A stretch of 64,000 bases of DNA from Pelagomonas calceolata (lineage: Eukaryota): contig CAKKNE010000004.1 of assembly GCA_918797485.1 (NCBI GenBank), positions 1,488,001 to 1,552,000 on the forward strand, written 5' to 3'. The translations under genes and the position numbers were made by a program. Positions 24,137 through 36,239 of the stretch are shown here, piece after piece. Position 1 is the stretch's first letter. Every line of letters starts with the position of its first letter. The notes under the pieces were generated by a model, which was not told the origin of the DNA, made no database searches, and worked only from the letters and a program-made list of their open reading frames with translations.

Positions 24137-24669
24137 CACTCATGTGCGCGGGCTGAGCGGTACGGCATAGTGCGCAGAAAAGGGCAGGCGTAAGCTGCAG
24201 CTGGGTGGTCGAATAGTTCAAATCACCCACTATTGATCTCAAATTGCGAGCTTGCTTTAGCTCGCCGCAAAGGTCTTACCCTAGCCCCCCTTCAAACCAC
24301 GCCCCCCTTCATCCGTTCGACCTAGCCAATCCCCGGGAACATGGGGAAGTAATTTTTCGTAATTATGGTTCAATTTATACGTCTCAGGGGCGATGTTGGT
24401 TTGGGGCCCGGGCGGGTTTTATCTCGGACCACCGCACCGCGTCGGAGCTGCTTTCTCAGCGCGAGGCTGTCCGCATGGTACCTAACTTTGCACATCCCAT
24501 TATTTTAGCATACGGAACCTGCGCCTCAGCAAAAATTTCCCGCCATTCGGCCGGCGCGTGGCTGTACGCGCATTGCGCCAAAATTAACTTGAACTTGAAA
24601 CTTGAAATCAACGTCGACTATTGCGCTTGACCCCCCTATAAATCTCGAACTTGAAGTCTCCACGCAGTA

Positions 24670-24725
24670 TTAAATAAATAAATTAATTAAGGAAGGTAGA
24701 CCTAAAAAATAGGAACAAGCTCCTA
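24670..24725 (-). mobile_element. Isolated LINE 3' tail (same family as 7725-8030); another at 49281-49322 (+)
   Basis: Reverse complement reads TAGGAGCTTGTTCCTATTTTTTAGGTCTACCTTCCTTAATTAATTTATTTATTT, matching 7972-8030. Confidence 0.7.
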
Positions 24726-24935
24726 TTAAGATCATCATGATTCGCAGGCCCGGGGAAGGCCCGGGGTAATTTATCTTAATAAGGACTCATGGAGGATGCG
24801 TCCAAATCTTAGAAGAGAGAATTACCCGGCGTTACTCGGACCCTAGTCATCGGTGCGCTGCTAGGGCTCTGTCGACGCTGGATTGCCAAATGCAAGTGCT
24901 CACGTCCTTAGAATGCAAGTGCTTTTGTGTGTACC

Positions 24936-26054
24936 TCAAAGCCCAGCCTTGAGTTGCTGAACGACTCTGGTGAGCCTTTCTTTCATCATATTGCAAAGGG
25001 ACCTGAAAATAGCGTATCATGCATGGGAATTCCTTCTTCAATCGACGCCGCATGCCATAAGACCAGTTTGCCTGTCCTACGCTAGACTGGGGCATACTGA
25101 GGACGTATTTTACGTCTTGTAGAGCAGATTTGTAGCGCTCAACTGCCTCAAAGGCCTGGGCGCGGCGGACAAGCGACTTCACATTATTAATGTCTGTATC
25201 CAAGACCGCAGTACAGTCTGCTATGGTACCATCAAAGTTGGAAAGCTGCTTGTGACAGGCAGAACGATTTGAATAAGCCTTGATACAGAGTTCTGAGCTC
25301 TTGTCAGCAGTAGCATCGATGCATCTGGTGTATGCTTCAATAGCACCTTCAAAATCGGCTAGTTTGTAACACTTGTCACCTGCTTCTTTGTCACGTGCTG
25401 GCTTGGGCAATGACATGACACGGCGCTTTTCAGCAGCCTCAAACTTAGGTTCGACGCTACGCTTTATTTTCACTATCTCACTGTTTCCGGCATCGAGGGC
25501 AAGAGCACGATCGCACGTCGCAAGGCAGTCTTTTAGATGTCCAGATTGCATCTGCTCCTTGGCCTTGCTGATCAGGACCATCACGCGATCCTTGCGCATT
25601 AACTCCTCCATCTCGGACGCCTGTTTTTTCAAGTCAGCATTACCAGGGTCTACTGCAAGTCCCATCTTGATGTTATCAATAGCATCTTTGTATTTGTTCA
25701 ATGCACGCAATGCAATAGCCAACCGGAAATATCCTTTGATAAATTTCTTGTTGACTTTGATGCACAGCCGACCTAAGTAGACAGCGTTTAAAGGAAAATA
25801 GTAGTGAATGATACCGTCTTCAGCTGCCTCATCCCACATCTCTAAGGCCGCATACCTATGGTATTATGCTATTTTGAATTAACATTGTGCGAGCATGCTC
25901 TGGACACAGTGCCGCACGCCGCTGAGCGATTGCTGAAAAAGGTCACGTCCGTCGGATCGAGGTCAATCGCCTCCGTGTATTTGATGATAGCATCTTTGTG
26001 ATTCCCAGATGTGAAGAGTCTGTTACCCTCCTTTTTGGCGGCTTGAGCATCCAT
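24936..26054 (-). CDS. STI1/HOP-like TPR co-chaperone, 3 introns
   Basis: KKEGNRLF..YTEAIDLDP...FFSNRSAA|YAALE..DEAAEDG|RLCI..KGYFR; second TPR clamp YSNRSACH; the third intron restores the C-terminus W|SLCNMMKERL..GL*. Confidence 0.8.
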
Positions 26055-26807
26055 TTTTCCGTGACCAGCAGACTAGGGATGCAGGGGCAGAGAGTGAGCA
26101 ATTCGAGAGGAATGAGGTCTTCCGGCGTCTGCCAGATGTAGGGTCATTTTTGCAGATCGAAATCATTTTTGCAGAATCGAAAAAGCAAAATGGATTTTGG
26201 ACGCTGCGTTACGGGGTCGATCCACTGGCACTGCCCGCTCCACTTCCGAGTCCACTGGCACTATTAATGAGCTACTAGAACTCAAGTTGAACAGGGAAAT
26301 AAGGCCAACTTCCGCTGTTGGACCTCACTAGCTTAGCTAAGAACCGCAGGCTGGGCCGGAATTAAAACCTTGGGCCAACTGCCAGTGCCAACTGGTGAGC
26401 CTGAGCTCCGAATCATGGCAAATGGTGCTCCGACAGGTCCCTAAATGCCGGAGTACTCTAGGAGACCTGGCAGCGACCCCGGGCCCGGTGCATGTGCTTT
26501 CAAAATCATGATGGAAGTTCTATTTTAAGACGCTTCTACTAGAAGTATACCACACATGTCCCTTTTTAAGCGCCGGCTAGTTATCAATGCCAAGACCCAC
26601 ACGCCACCCGATGATGACATGAGGCGTGACTCCGCATAACGGCAAGATATACACAATCATAGGCCGATTCATACGCCAGAAGTTGCGATCACGCAGCTCC
26701 GCAGTCGGCTCATACACACACGGCACAAACCTCGGGGACCCAATTGGAGCGTGGTGGGCGCTTCATGCAAGTATACGTTCAATGCTATGCTGGCCTAGTT
26801 GTAATCA

Positions 26808-28780
26808 CTAATCTCTGAGCTTGAGAAAGATTTTTTTAAGCTGCCGGGCTTCGTATGAAACGTTGTGCGTTGCTACTGCAGGGCGCTTGCCGTCCGGATC
26901 CACGGCTGGTGTGATAACAGTTGTAATATTAGTTCCGTGCGAGTCGCATGCCTCTAAAAAGCTGATAATTTCATGAACAGACGTGTCCTTCAACATGAGC
27001 ATGTGCTTGGCCATATTTTCTGCTAGTGCAAGGAAGCAACGCTTAGAGTAGTACCAAGTATCAGGTCCAAGCTTTTTGTCGTATGGTTCGAGCGACTTTA
27101 TAATCCGAGAAATACCAAATTCAAAATTTCCTTTGGCGCAGTAGAGAGTACCGATAACAAGGTTGACGATGCAAAGATGGTAACAAAGCCGTTCTGGTTC
27201 GGTGTAGGCGAGACGTTCTTCTTCCTTTTCAATCTTTCGCATTAGTTCTTCAGCTTCCTCGTTTTGAGACGTCATAATGTACGAGACACATAGATTGGCG
27301 AGCACTATAGCAGGAACATCTAGGATGTCCTCGGACTTTCTTTTTACGCTTGGATCATAGTAACGGATCGCCTCTTTAAACTTAGATTCCTGCATAAAAA
27401 ATACATGCGCGACATTGAGCTTCCACACTTCGTGCTCCGAACAGAACTCTGCACTCTGGCGAAAGAGGCGCTCAACCATAGGGTAGTTCTCTTTGTCCCA
27501 GTAGACACGAGCCATGGCCATGAGGACGGGAATATACCGTTCAAGAGCTTCATCATAGAGCTTTAGTGATTGCTTGATCGCCTCGTTGTCACGAGAAATT
27601 CGTGCATCCTGGATGGCTTTGGTCAACTTGCGCAGCTGGTCTATATGTTTATTGGTGAGGTCGTCATACTTACGATAAGCCTCTTCAGGGGATGTTTGCA
27701 CCATTATTGATGCATCCAGATAGTCAAAGAGCTCACTGGGTAAGAATTTATAGGTGAGGTGGGTATTCTCAGCAAGAATGTCAGCGGCCAAGTCGTAATA
27801 TCCAAACTTACAGTGCAAAAGCAGCAAATTTCCGAACGTCTCGGGCGGGAAAGGAGGATTTGACAAAAGGAAGTTTAACTTCCGGAACCCAGTGGATGGA
27901 TCTTCGTCCATGTGCAAAAGTGCCTGATTGTGCAGTGTGACTGCATCTAGCTCCTCCTCCTGACGCGGTGGCATGTCACTCAACGCTTCTTTGGCTGCAT
28001 CTAAGTTACCTTCTTGAAATTCAATAGCTGCCTTGAGATTGAATGCCTCCACTAGGCAAGTCTCTTGTAACACTGAACTATTTCCTACACTCCGCACATC
28101 AATTCCGTCGGTATTGCTTCCGACGCTCAATTCCGGATGCTCGCGCACACCACGTTCAATAATCTCTGCCAAGCTTTTTAGTGCAGCGGCGTATTGCTTC
28201 TGCTTGTAGTAGCATAAGGCCACATTGCATGCAAAATCAGCTTGGTAGCCTAGAGTATTCATGGCCTCGACGTACTTTGCGCGTGCACTCTCGTAATGGC
28301 CTTCCTTGAAAGCGACAGCTGCATAATTTATAATGGTTTCTGGATCATCTGTGAGACATCGATCAAGTAAGGACTTGCACCCACTCAATTCGTCTTGCTC
28401 GTACTTGATAGCTGCCTGAAGTGATATCATCTGCTGTGCGAATTGAGGACCATCAACTCGAAGAGCTGCTCGAATTGCATCAGCATATAGTCCCGCCTTG
28501 TACAGTGCTTGTGCATAATAGAGCTTGTACCTAAAATCTGTTTACGCTTCGTGGACTGCGAATGAACGTACTCTTCGATATTGGGACAAATCATTACAAG
28601 TTCCTCGTAGGTCTGTGCGGCAGATCGGAAGTCCTGCTGGTGGTAGTAGCAGAATCCCAACAGAGACAGTGCTGCCCGGGAGCGAGGGAACGCTTGACGT
28701 TGCAAAGCAAGGTGTCCTACAGCGTCCTCGTATCGCCCCTCTTTGATTGCAGCATAAGTGGCGGTTGTTTGCGTAGCCAT
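26808..28780 (-). CDS. IFT70: Intraflagellar transport protein 70 (TTC30/fleer/DYF-1), intron 28531-28571
   Basis: Highly conserved blocks: SRAALSLLGFCYY, EEYKLYYAQALYKAG, DMPPRQEEELDAVTLHNQAL, PFPPETFGNLLLL, HLCIVNLVIGTLYCAKGNFEFGISR. Confidence 0.96.
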
Positions 28781-29004
28781 TTTCACAAGCGGTATCCGCT
28801 GATAACTGATTTAAAAACGTATGGCATACATAAACAAATAAGATGTTGGGTATTAAAGTGCTTACCAGGGGTCCGTTTCGATGTCCAAGGCCGTCCGGAG
28901 GGCTACATAGGAAGGGAATACGTGTAATCTGTGGGCCCCACCCCGACCCTCCCCCCCCATCCGAGCAGTCCCCTTCCCCGCCGGGCCCGGGCCGGACCGA
29001 CTCG

Positions 29005-29686
29005 GAGTCTGCTGCTATTGCGTGATGACCTCTCAGCATGCTTTCAAAGACCAACAAGTTATGCGTGGCAGTTCTTCTGCCACGATACCTTGATTTGCCT
29101 ACCCATCCTTGTAGGACTTCCGAGTCTTCCGAGTCCCTGTTGACGTAACACTTTTGTCGTGTTTTCGGGTGTACATCTTCCAGACCTCGTCCTTTTTCAA
29201 CGACGTAGTCTTCGAAGTTATACTTCTTCTGTTTATTAGAGCATGCTTCTAATAATTCTTTGACGAACTTCCTGTCGTCATATTGAGTCCCTTGTTGGGA
29301 GGGGACTTGTGCTGGCTCTTCGTCATCGGAGCCAACAACTGTGCTTGCTTGGGGGCTGCTCATTTTATTAAAATGCTAACAAACGGCTGGGCTTTCTCTC
29401 CCAACGAGTGTAGTGTGGACACTCGCGAATGTATAGGATGATTTCAAAAGGTAATACGGCGGAGTATCTCTTAGGACCGTGGGCCCATAACCTGCGAATA
29501 ATGCAAGACCAAAGGAGTACGCACCTTTGGGAGTACGGCGGCTGAGATAGTCTGCCGCGGAGCTACCTTAAATACACTAAGTAGTTTTGGTTTAACTGTG
29601 TTTATTACGCGTTGCGTGTTGAAGGGTGATGAAAGTGTATAGGAAGGGTATAGGATAGGGGGGGCTATTTCGCCCTATTTATCGCA
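29005..29686 (-). mobile_element. Copia-type element family B, 5' fragment: LTR 29493-29686, PBS 29477-29492, truncated first ORF from 29363
   Basis: 194 bp TGCG...CGCA LTR (second copy at 62262-62457), directly followed on the minus strand by GGTTATGGGCCCACGG; the ORF loses coherence at ~29005. Confidence 0.8.
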
Positions 29687-29704
29687 GGACCGGGGACCTC
29701 ACCT

Positions 29705-32308
29705 TGCTAAAAATACTAGGCAGTGAGGTGCCTAGGAGCACGGCAGTGCTTTGCACTGATTCCCTAGTTGCCAGACCCCGTGGTACTAAAATACGGAGAG
29801 AGGTTGTGCTCATACGCGTTCTTAATAGTCTAGGAGGGAATAGGGACTACTATGTTCTTTGAATGTGACCTTTGGATTCACTGGGTTTACTTGCAGATGT
29901 TTCTTCATTGTTCCATAGTAGTAAGATCTAGCTTTCTCATGTGCTTGAGATTTTGTAGCAAGTTCTCTGTTATGTCTTCTTTGTCGTTGTGTTTGTACAA
30001 GAAGTACCTCATCAGGAATGTTTGCTTGATAGTTAATCTCTTGATTGATTTGTTTGTCAGTAGCAAAACCAGTGTGGAACCATTCTTTAGGAGCTTGCAG
30101 TCTCTTATGTCCTGCAGCTGCAAATCTGACTTTAGCTGCTGTTAGATATCGGAGCATTGAGCTTGGGGAGTTCCATGCTTGTTCCATTTCATGGTCTGTA
30201 CCTGGTCTGTCAATGCCTTGTTGCTTGTTCCTCCATGTCTTGGCAAGATCATGAAGTAGCTGGGCGTAGGGATCCTTACCATTATGATCAATGTGTTCTT
30301 CAATAAATTGCGTTGTGAACTTTTTGAAGATAGTGGCATCAGTAATGATGTGGTCCCACTTTTTAGCTTGGGTTTGATAGTGCTTGAGGGCATTGAGGAA
30401 TTCATCGGCCCAGATTGTTTTTATGTATGTTATACTGTCAAAAATTTTCTCGGCTTGTCGAACTATCCTATCCTTGGGAAACTCAAGGAATGCCTTCATG
30501 ACCTGAATCATGGCCCATGCCTTATTGGGGATCATTGGGTTCTCTGCTATTTGAATGAGATCATCTCGACAGGATAAAGCTGGTGTCTCAGACCATACTT
30601 GTTCGAGATCAGTGTATTTGAGGATCTCATATGAGAGCAGCATGGCTAGTTTTGAGTATGAGGCTGGATCTAAGATGTTGCCAGCAAAGGCTGTAAGATC
30701 AGTTTTTGACCAACCTTTGGGGGTGCGAGATGCCATAATTCTCCATTTTACACAATGTTTGGCATGGTGTGCAGAAACCCCTTCACAGAGGTTAACAAAT
30801 GCAGACCTGTATTCATCAGATCTGGTGTATTCAAAACCATATGAGATTCCTTCTGCTCTTTCTAGTTTCGCTAAGAATCCTGTGGGGTTTTCTTTGGACA
30901 CCCAGAAGCTTTTTAATGATCTGCTTTCTTTCAGGTCACGGTACTTGATTATCCCAGGTAGGTAGTCTATGTTGCACAGTAGTACATACAAAACGGGGAT
31001 AACATCAGCTTCTTTTGCGATGGGGAAGCCATTGTATTTGTCCTTAGATCTCAGGTCGAAGATGTGTTTTGGGGTCTTTGACTCTTCTGGTGCTGACTCA
31101 CTTGAGTGGTCCACAGATACTAGCATTTGTTTGGCAAGTTCTTGGAATTTTCTGTAGTCTATTGGGGGGTTCGAGATGTGTTGTTCATCATAGAAAGCCC
31201 ATCCATCGTACTTTGAAAATACGTCAGCTCTTTCCTCATCTGCTTGTGTGCTTTGTTTGTGATCAGGAGTGATCACACTGCATTTAAGTACAGAAGTGTC
31301 ATTGGGGAATGCTTCCCTTATGAGCTCAGTGAGATTTATTTCGTTTGGTGCTACTCTGATAAAAGCCAGAATTTTGTATGCAATCTCTTTATACTTTTCT
31401 CTCAGTTCAATTAGTGCTTTTGATTTGCTTTTGTCCAAGAGCATTTTGACCCGCTTAATTAAGTGCATGGCGACAAATTCTTCGAACTCGTTTAGGGCAT
31501 TGTATAGCGCGTCAGAATAAGATGATTGAGATTTTGTTTCATAGAAAAATCTGAAATCACAGTATGAAGGTGATCTTAGCAATACTTCCCCATAGGGGTG
31601 TTGTATTGCTGATGCAAGTACCTCTACATTGTAGTTGACACCTCAGGCTCTAGATTTGTCGTATTTTAACTGTGTAGCTAGGGTGTGCAGTGGTGCTTCT
31701 TTTGGATACTTCAGGTAGTCTATTTGTGTGTAGAATGGATCTTTTTCTGGATCATTCACTTCATATAGAGCTGCCACTGGGTTTGTTCGGAATTTTGATA
31801 GGAATGTCAGATCGGAGAAGTTTTCTCTTTTGTCTGATAAACCTAGGGTTTCACGAGCTTGTCTGTGTTGCTCAGATGTAGCTGTTGAGGTTGACCCAGC
31901 TACTTCTGATCCAGCAGTGCTCATGTTGTTGGGGAGTTGTAGTTACAGCGATGTATATCTGCTGTAGTGTAGGTCGTTTTCGAAACCAATCAACCAGTAG
32001 GGAGACGGTGCCAAGTTCAGGCAGAGCGTCGACTCCCGTACCGCAAGAGTCAACCAGCTGGTGGAGGGGTTTCAGAGTGTTGGAGTCTAACAGGGTATCA
32101 ACGCAAAGTTGAACGGCCGTGGGCCCATAACCTGCTAAAAATACTAGGCAGTGAGGTGCCTAGGAGCACGGCAGTGCTTTGCACTGATTCCCTAGTTGCC
32201 AGACCCCGTGGTACTAAAATACGGAGAGAGGTTGTGCTCATACGCGTTCTTAATAGTCTAGGAGGGAATAGGGACTACTAGGGTAAGGATAGGGGTATTT
32301 TTCTAGCA
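29705..32308 (-). mobile_element. Copia-type LTR retrotransposon family A, internally deleted, TSD CACCT
   Basis: 5' LTR 32133-32308 (TG...CA, TIR TGCTA(G)AAAAATAC); 3' LTR 29705-29852 is identical over 148 bp but lacks 28 bp; PBS GGTTATGGGCCCACGG at 32117-32132; CACCT at 29700-29704 and 32309-32313. Confidence 0.9.
29822..31924 (-). pseudogene. ~700-codon Gag-position ORF of the LTR element with one in-frame TGA (31643-31645)
   Basis: The 93-aa and 586-aa ORFs share a frame and are separated by a single stop. Gag identity is by position only; no zinc knuckle, protease, integrase or RT motif seen. Confidence 0.6.
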
Positions 32309-32645
32309 CACCTAAACCAGCCAGCCTAGCGCCCGATGTCTGGTACCCCTAATCAGAGTGCGAGGCGCCAGGATGTGGCCTTATCATAAGAAAACAGATT
32401 GATTACTGTCTCTTGGCGACCGCCGCGACGCAAGGCCAAGGCCAAAACCGCCCCCGGCAGTAGTTCGTCCACTTGGGACCTCGCACACAACCCCTTGCTT
32501 GGGTCTGGGGCCGCTACGGAGGTCTGTAACCCCGTGTAGTCGAGTGGTTGAGCACACCAGCCCCAGAAGTATCCGACATTCTGCTGTATGAGCGGGCCGT
32601 TGGGAGGAAGCCATATAATATTGATCATTGCCATGGCGGTCCCGC

Positions 32646-35033
32646 TTAGACATCCGGCAAGGGCCTTTCAAATATGTCTCGCTTGAATGCGTCAAACAAG
32701 TGCAAGGAATCGCCAGCGGCAGATTTGCTGGCGCCGCCTCTTAGGGAGTCAAATATTGGGGACATGAGCAGCGAACGCATCGTCGGCCGCCGGCGGGGAT
32801 CGAAGTCGAGCATTGCCGTCAAAATATCTATATTTGAGCCGAGTTGCTTACGACAACGAGCCATGGCAGGATGTACTCCCTGTTTGAGGTTAAATGTTGC
32901 CGTGTGCTTGGCAAAAAGCTGCTTTGACTTTATATGGCTACGAAAAAGTACATCCTTGAGCTCGCCACTTGATATCTCAGGGTGCTCTGGCTTATTGTTG
33001 CTACCAATGAGATGTGTGCGGACAATATCAAGAACACGATTTGCAGCAGGACCAAGCTTGCTTATCGAATCATGGTTGCTAGTAGGGACGCCAAGAAGAA
33101 CAAGAAAACGGTAAAAAGTGTCAAATAAAGTATACCTTGTCAGTTTGGGATCTGTATCATGGTCGCTAGCAAGATTTGCAAGGATATTAAATGATGACAC
33201 TTCCCTGCTCTCTAACCAAACCGCGGCAAGGTCTACGCGGAGATCGTCGGGGCAAGTGCAGTAATGCATCAGTTCCTCGTATGGAACACCACCGCCAAAA
33301 AGATGGAGGGTCGCGAGGCCAAGAGAGAACGTATCATGAGCATATGTATGCGTGCACTGAATGTCGCCACTAAGAAGGAGATCAATGGGAACATTCTCGA
33401 TGGTAGTAAATATAGCACCTTTGGCGGGCTTGCCAAGGCTTCCTTTTTCCATATGCGAGGTCCCAAAATCAGTAAGCTTTATCCAAGCATCAACTGCCTC
33501 TTGGTACAATTGAACATCGAATTTTGCATCGGCAAGGTGATAGCGTGCATATATATTGGTTTCCACCGGTGCAACAAGAAAATTGAGTAGTTTGAGGTCA
33601 TAATGTCGGAGCCCCAATGTTGCACGTGAGGCATATAAGGCGAAGCACATTTGGAAAAAGAACCGAAGTGTAGTGCAGGTAGGTAGCACCATGCCAGGTT
33701 GTCTCCTTAACCAGCTCTCGATGTCACCACAGCTGCAGAGTCCCATGCGCACACAAAGCCGAGTGTCCGGTGACCTTCCAGTCTTCTCAAGGCTGTGCAA
33801 ACTTCCCGACGGATAGCATTGCACAAATGAACCAATTATTGTGACAAAATTGGGGCATATTCTCCTTGCAACAAGTTTGGTCAAATGACATAAAATTGCG
33901 AGCTCCCGGGTAACTTCATTGGCTGCGCAAACATCGTTATATAATACCGTGATGTTCATCACGGCCACAGCTTCATCGCCTACTTTATAAACTTTTTTGA
34001 ATGCACCCTCTCCCAATATCTCCTTTGATGGGGTATAAAGCGACACGGCCCGCGTGTTTCTCTTAATGCAGCTGATATCGCTGACAAAATGGCTCACAGC
34101 AAAGCTTTGCATGCTTTGTGCACAGATTGATTCGCTAGCTCTCGCAGCAGCCACACATGCCGATGCACCGGGCTGCAATTTGTCGATAAAGGAGAACACG
34201 TTGGCCCACACGCTGACAGGGAGGTCCCTGTGTGATAACCCCTGAGCTGTTTTTGTCACAACAAGAGCTGGGAGCTTGGATTCCACAAGGTGAGCGGAGA
34301 GGAAAAAGTCATCATAGGTACCGTGGATAATAATACCCTCAGGCCATGCTGCCATTGCCGATACCATCAGGCTCTCTGTACTTTTCAGCCAAAAGTCTTT
34401 TACGGTGACAATTCTTCGTGCACGCAGACGATCAACAGCGACGTGAATGGCCTCGAGCCCCCCATCTTTATTTGCTATTACATCAATGACACTAACTCCG
34501 CCCCGAACGTCAACTCCGAAGTCCGCGGCGGCATATCCAACATGCACCTCACCTGTCAGCCATGCACCGATCACTTCTCGTCGAAGCGCCGCACCCCACA
34601 TGCGTGCTGGGACACGGTTTGAACATGTTCTCTCTAGCGCAGCATATCTTATTGCGTTTTGGTGAAATGCAGGCTCCTTGTTTTGCTTCTTGAAAGATCT
34701 GCATCTGGCATTCCCTGAAAAGCGAGCGGCAGAATATGCCATCTCATCATAACTAGCAGCAGTTTCTATTGAATTATTGCGTAATGCTAGAGAATCAAGC
34801 GGTATGCCCTGCACTCGCTTTTCATCATGCTGTACCTTAAATTTTTCGGGTGTAGCCCAAGCACGCCGCTGTGTTCGCGAATGTGTGTATCCAAAATGAC
34901 GAATGTGTTCGCGATCTATTACTGGTTCATGATAAGACTCGTGTAGTCGATGCGACTTCTCATCGAAGCCTTGACGCCCGCTTCCATAGACATTGAGGTC
35001 GAGGAGAGAAGCAGTATCCAACCAGGATGTCAT
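32646..35033 (-). CDS. Ser/Thr protein kinase with long N-terminal extension
   Basis: LGEGAFKKVYK, HYDLKLLNFLV, LTDFG, DTFSLG, MLDFDPRRRPT. Confidence 0.88.
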   Translation of the reverse strand: MTSWLDTASLLDLNVYGSGRQGFDEKSHRLHESYHEPVIDREHIRHFGYTHSRTQRRAWATPEKFKVQHDEKRVQGIPLDSLALRNNSIETAASYDEMAYSAARFSGNARCRSFKKQNKEPAFHQNAIRYAALERTCSNRVPARMWGAALRREVIGAWLTGEVHVGYAAADFGVDVRGGVSVIDVIANKDGGLEAIHVAVDRLRARRIVTVKDFWLKSTESLMVSAMAAWPEGIIIHGTYDDFFLSAHLVESKLPALVVTKTAQGLSHRDLPVSVWANVFSFIDKLQPGASACVAAARASESICAQSMQSFAVSHFVSDISCIKRNTRAVSLYTPSKEILGEGAFKKVYKVGDEAVAVMNITVLYNDVCAANEVTRELAILCHLTKLVARRICPNFVTIIGSFVQCYPSGSLHSLEKTGRSPDTRLCVRMGLCSCGDIESWLRRQPGMVLPTCTTLRFFFQMCFALYASRATLGLRHYDLKLLNFLVAPVETNIYARYHLADAKFDVQLYQEAVDAWIKLTDFGTSHMEKGSLGKPAKGAIFTTIENVPIDLLLSGDIQCTHTYAHDTFSLGLATLHLFGGGVPYEELMHYCTCPDDLRVDLAAVWLESREVSSFNILANLASDHDTDPKLTRYTLFDTFYRFLVLLGVPTSNHDSISKLGPAANRVLDIVRTHLIGSNNKPEHPEISSGELKDVLFRSHIKSKQLFAKHTATFNLKQGVHPAMARCRKQLGSNIDILTAMLDFDPRRRPTMRSLLMSPIFDSLRGGASKSAAGDSLHLFDAFKRDIFERPLPDV

Positions 35034-35309
35034 ACGACCATAACTTAAAGCTTAATCGCTATTAACGGGTATGGGCGGCCCAACTTTGAGGAATGGGTGG
35101 TCTTGAGCTGAAAAAGTACAGCCACGCTCAGAAAGACCGACACGCCATTGGAGTTGATAAGTGATGGGGCCGCTCTTGATCTGCAGCCGCCGGCGAGGCT
35201 CGGGATTCTGTGCCTAATGTATTTGTTTCCCTATGAACGGTGTACTATGAACGGCGTACTGGTATTCTAGTATCTGTATCTCGATCGGCATCAGCACGGT
35301 ATCGACGAG

Positions 35310-35997
35310 ATGCGAGCGCCGAGCGATCCAACAACGGAAAGCGGGGCTAAGTGGATGACGCTCACTTGGTTCCTGCGGCCAGACCGCTATGAAGGTGGGT
35401 CGAAACAAGTTTTGTGCTATCGATCGATTGGGTTCAGGTGAAGTTGCTGATGGACATATGGACGGCAAAGGCACTTACTGGCATGCGGATTCTTCCCGGC
35501 ACGTATTCTTTTTTTTTGAATTATCAGATCTGATAGTTGATAGGTACGAGGGTTCCTTTTGCAAAAGTCAGCGTCATGGCTACGGTGAATATTTCTTTGC
35601 GGATGGATCGTGCGGTGCGGAGTGAATTACCCCATACCTAAGAGTCGGAGAGAACGGGGACTGAATGGTTAGGTATTATAAGGGCGAGTACAAATGGGGG
35701 GCTAAACATGGTTACGGTGTCTTTGTGTACCGCGACGAGACAAGGTTCGAGGGAACCTTCACAAATAATGTCAAGGAAGGGCAGGGTATAATGTACTACT
35801 CGGATGGGTCGAAATATGTCGGCGATTACCACTTTGGAATGATGGATGGACAGGGCGAATATGTGTGGCCAAATGGCGTCAAGTACATCGGAGAGTGGCG
35901 CGCAGACGAGCGACATGGCTTTGGGCAAATGTATTTTTCAGATAACGAGCCTGCGTACCGAGCTAGATGGGAACATGATCAGCGTGTTTTTGATTGA
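35310..35997 (+). CDS. MORN-repeat protein (RSPH1/MORN-like), 3 introns
   Basis: Repeats of YEG.....MDGKGTY / YKGEYKWGAKHGYGVFVY / YIGEWRADERHGFG, joined by short GT-AG and GC-AG introns; start codon uncertain (35310 or 35355). Confidence 0.8.
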
Positions 35998-36239
35998 GAG
36001 ATGCCATAAGTTGCTGATGAATTCTCGGCTGCGTTTTGACTTCCTCCTACCCGACCTACTTTTCAGCTAGGTTAAACGTCCAGCGCTTCCGCAATAACCC
36101 AGCAGGGAATTTTGGAAAGATTGAGGGCCCGGGGTCCGTGACCGTGACCGTCGCGCTTCTCCATTACAGCCCGAACAAGCATGGAGGTAAAGTAAGGGGA
36201 CTGCTTTAGAGGCCCCTGCAATTAAGGGGGCGGACTCTG

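Noticed and set aside
24847..25062. C-terminus of the 330-aa TPR ORF as given in the track
   Set aside because: It reads through a probable intron (TG|GTC...CAG|GTC); the spliced frame ends at 24936.
28542..29363. 273-aa ORF as a host gene
   Set aside because: Chimeric: a truncated retroelement ORF start reading through intergenic words and into IFT70 exon 1 out of frame.
29477..32280. Split direct repeats suggesting a DIRS/Ngaro tyrosine-recombinase element
   Set aside because: The shared 16-mer is a PBS and the blocks resolve into two separate TG...CA LTR families, one with a 5-bp TSD.
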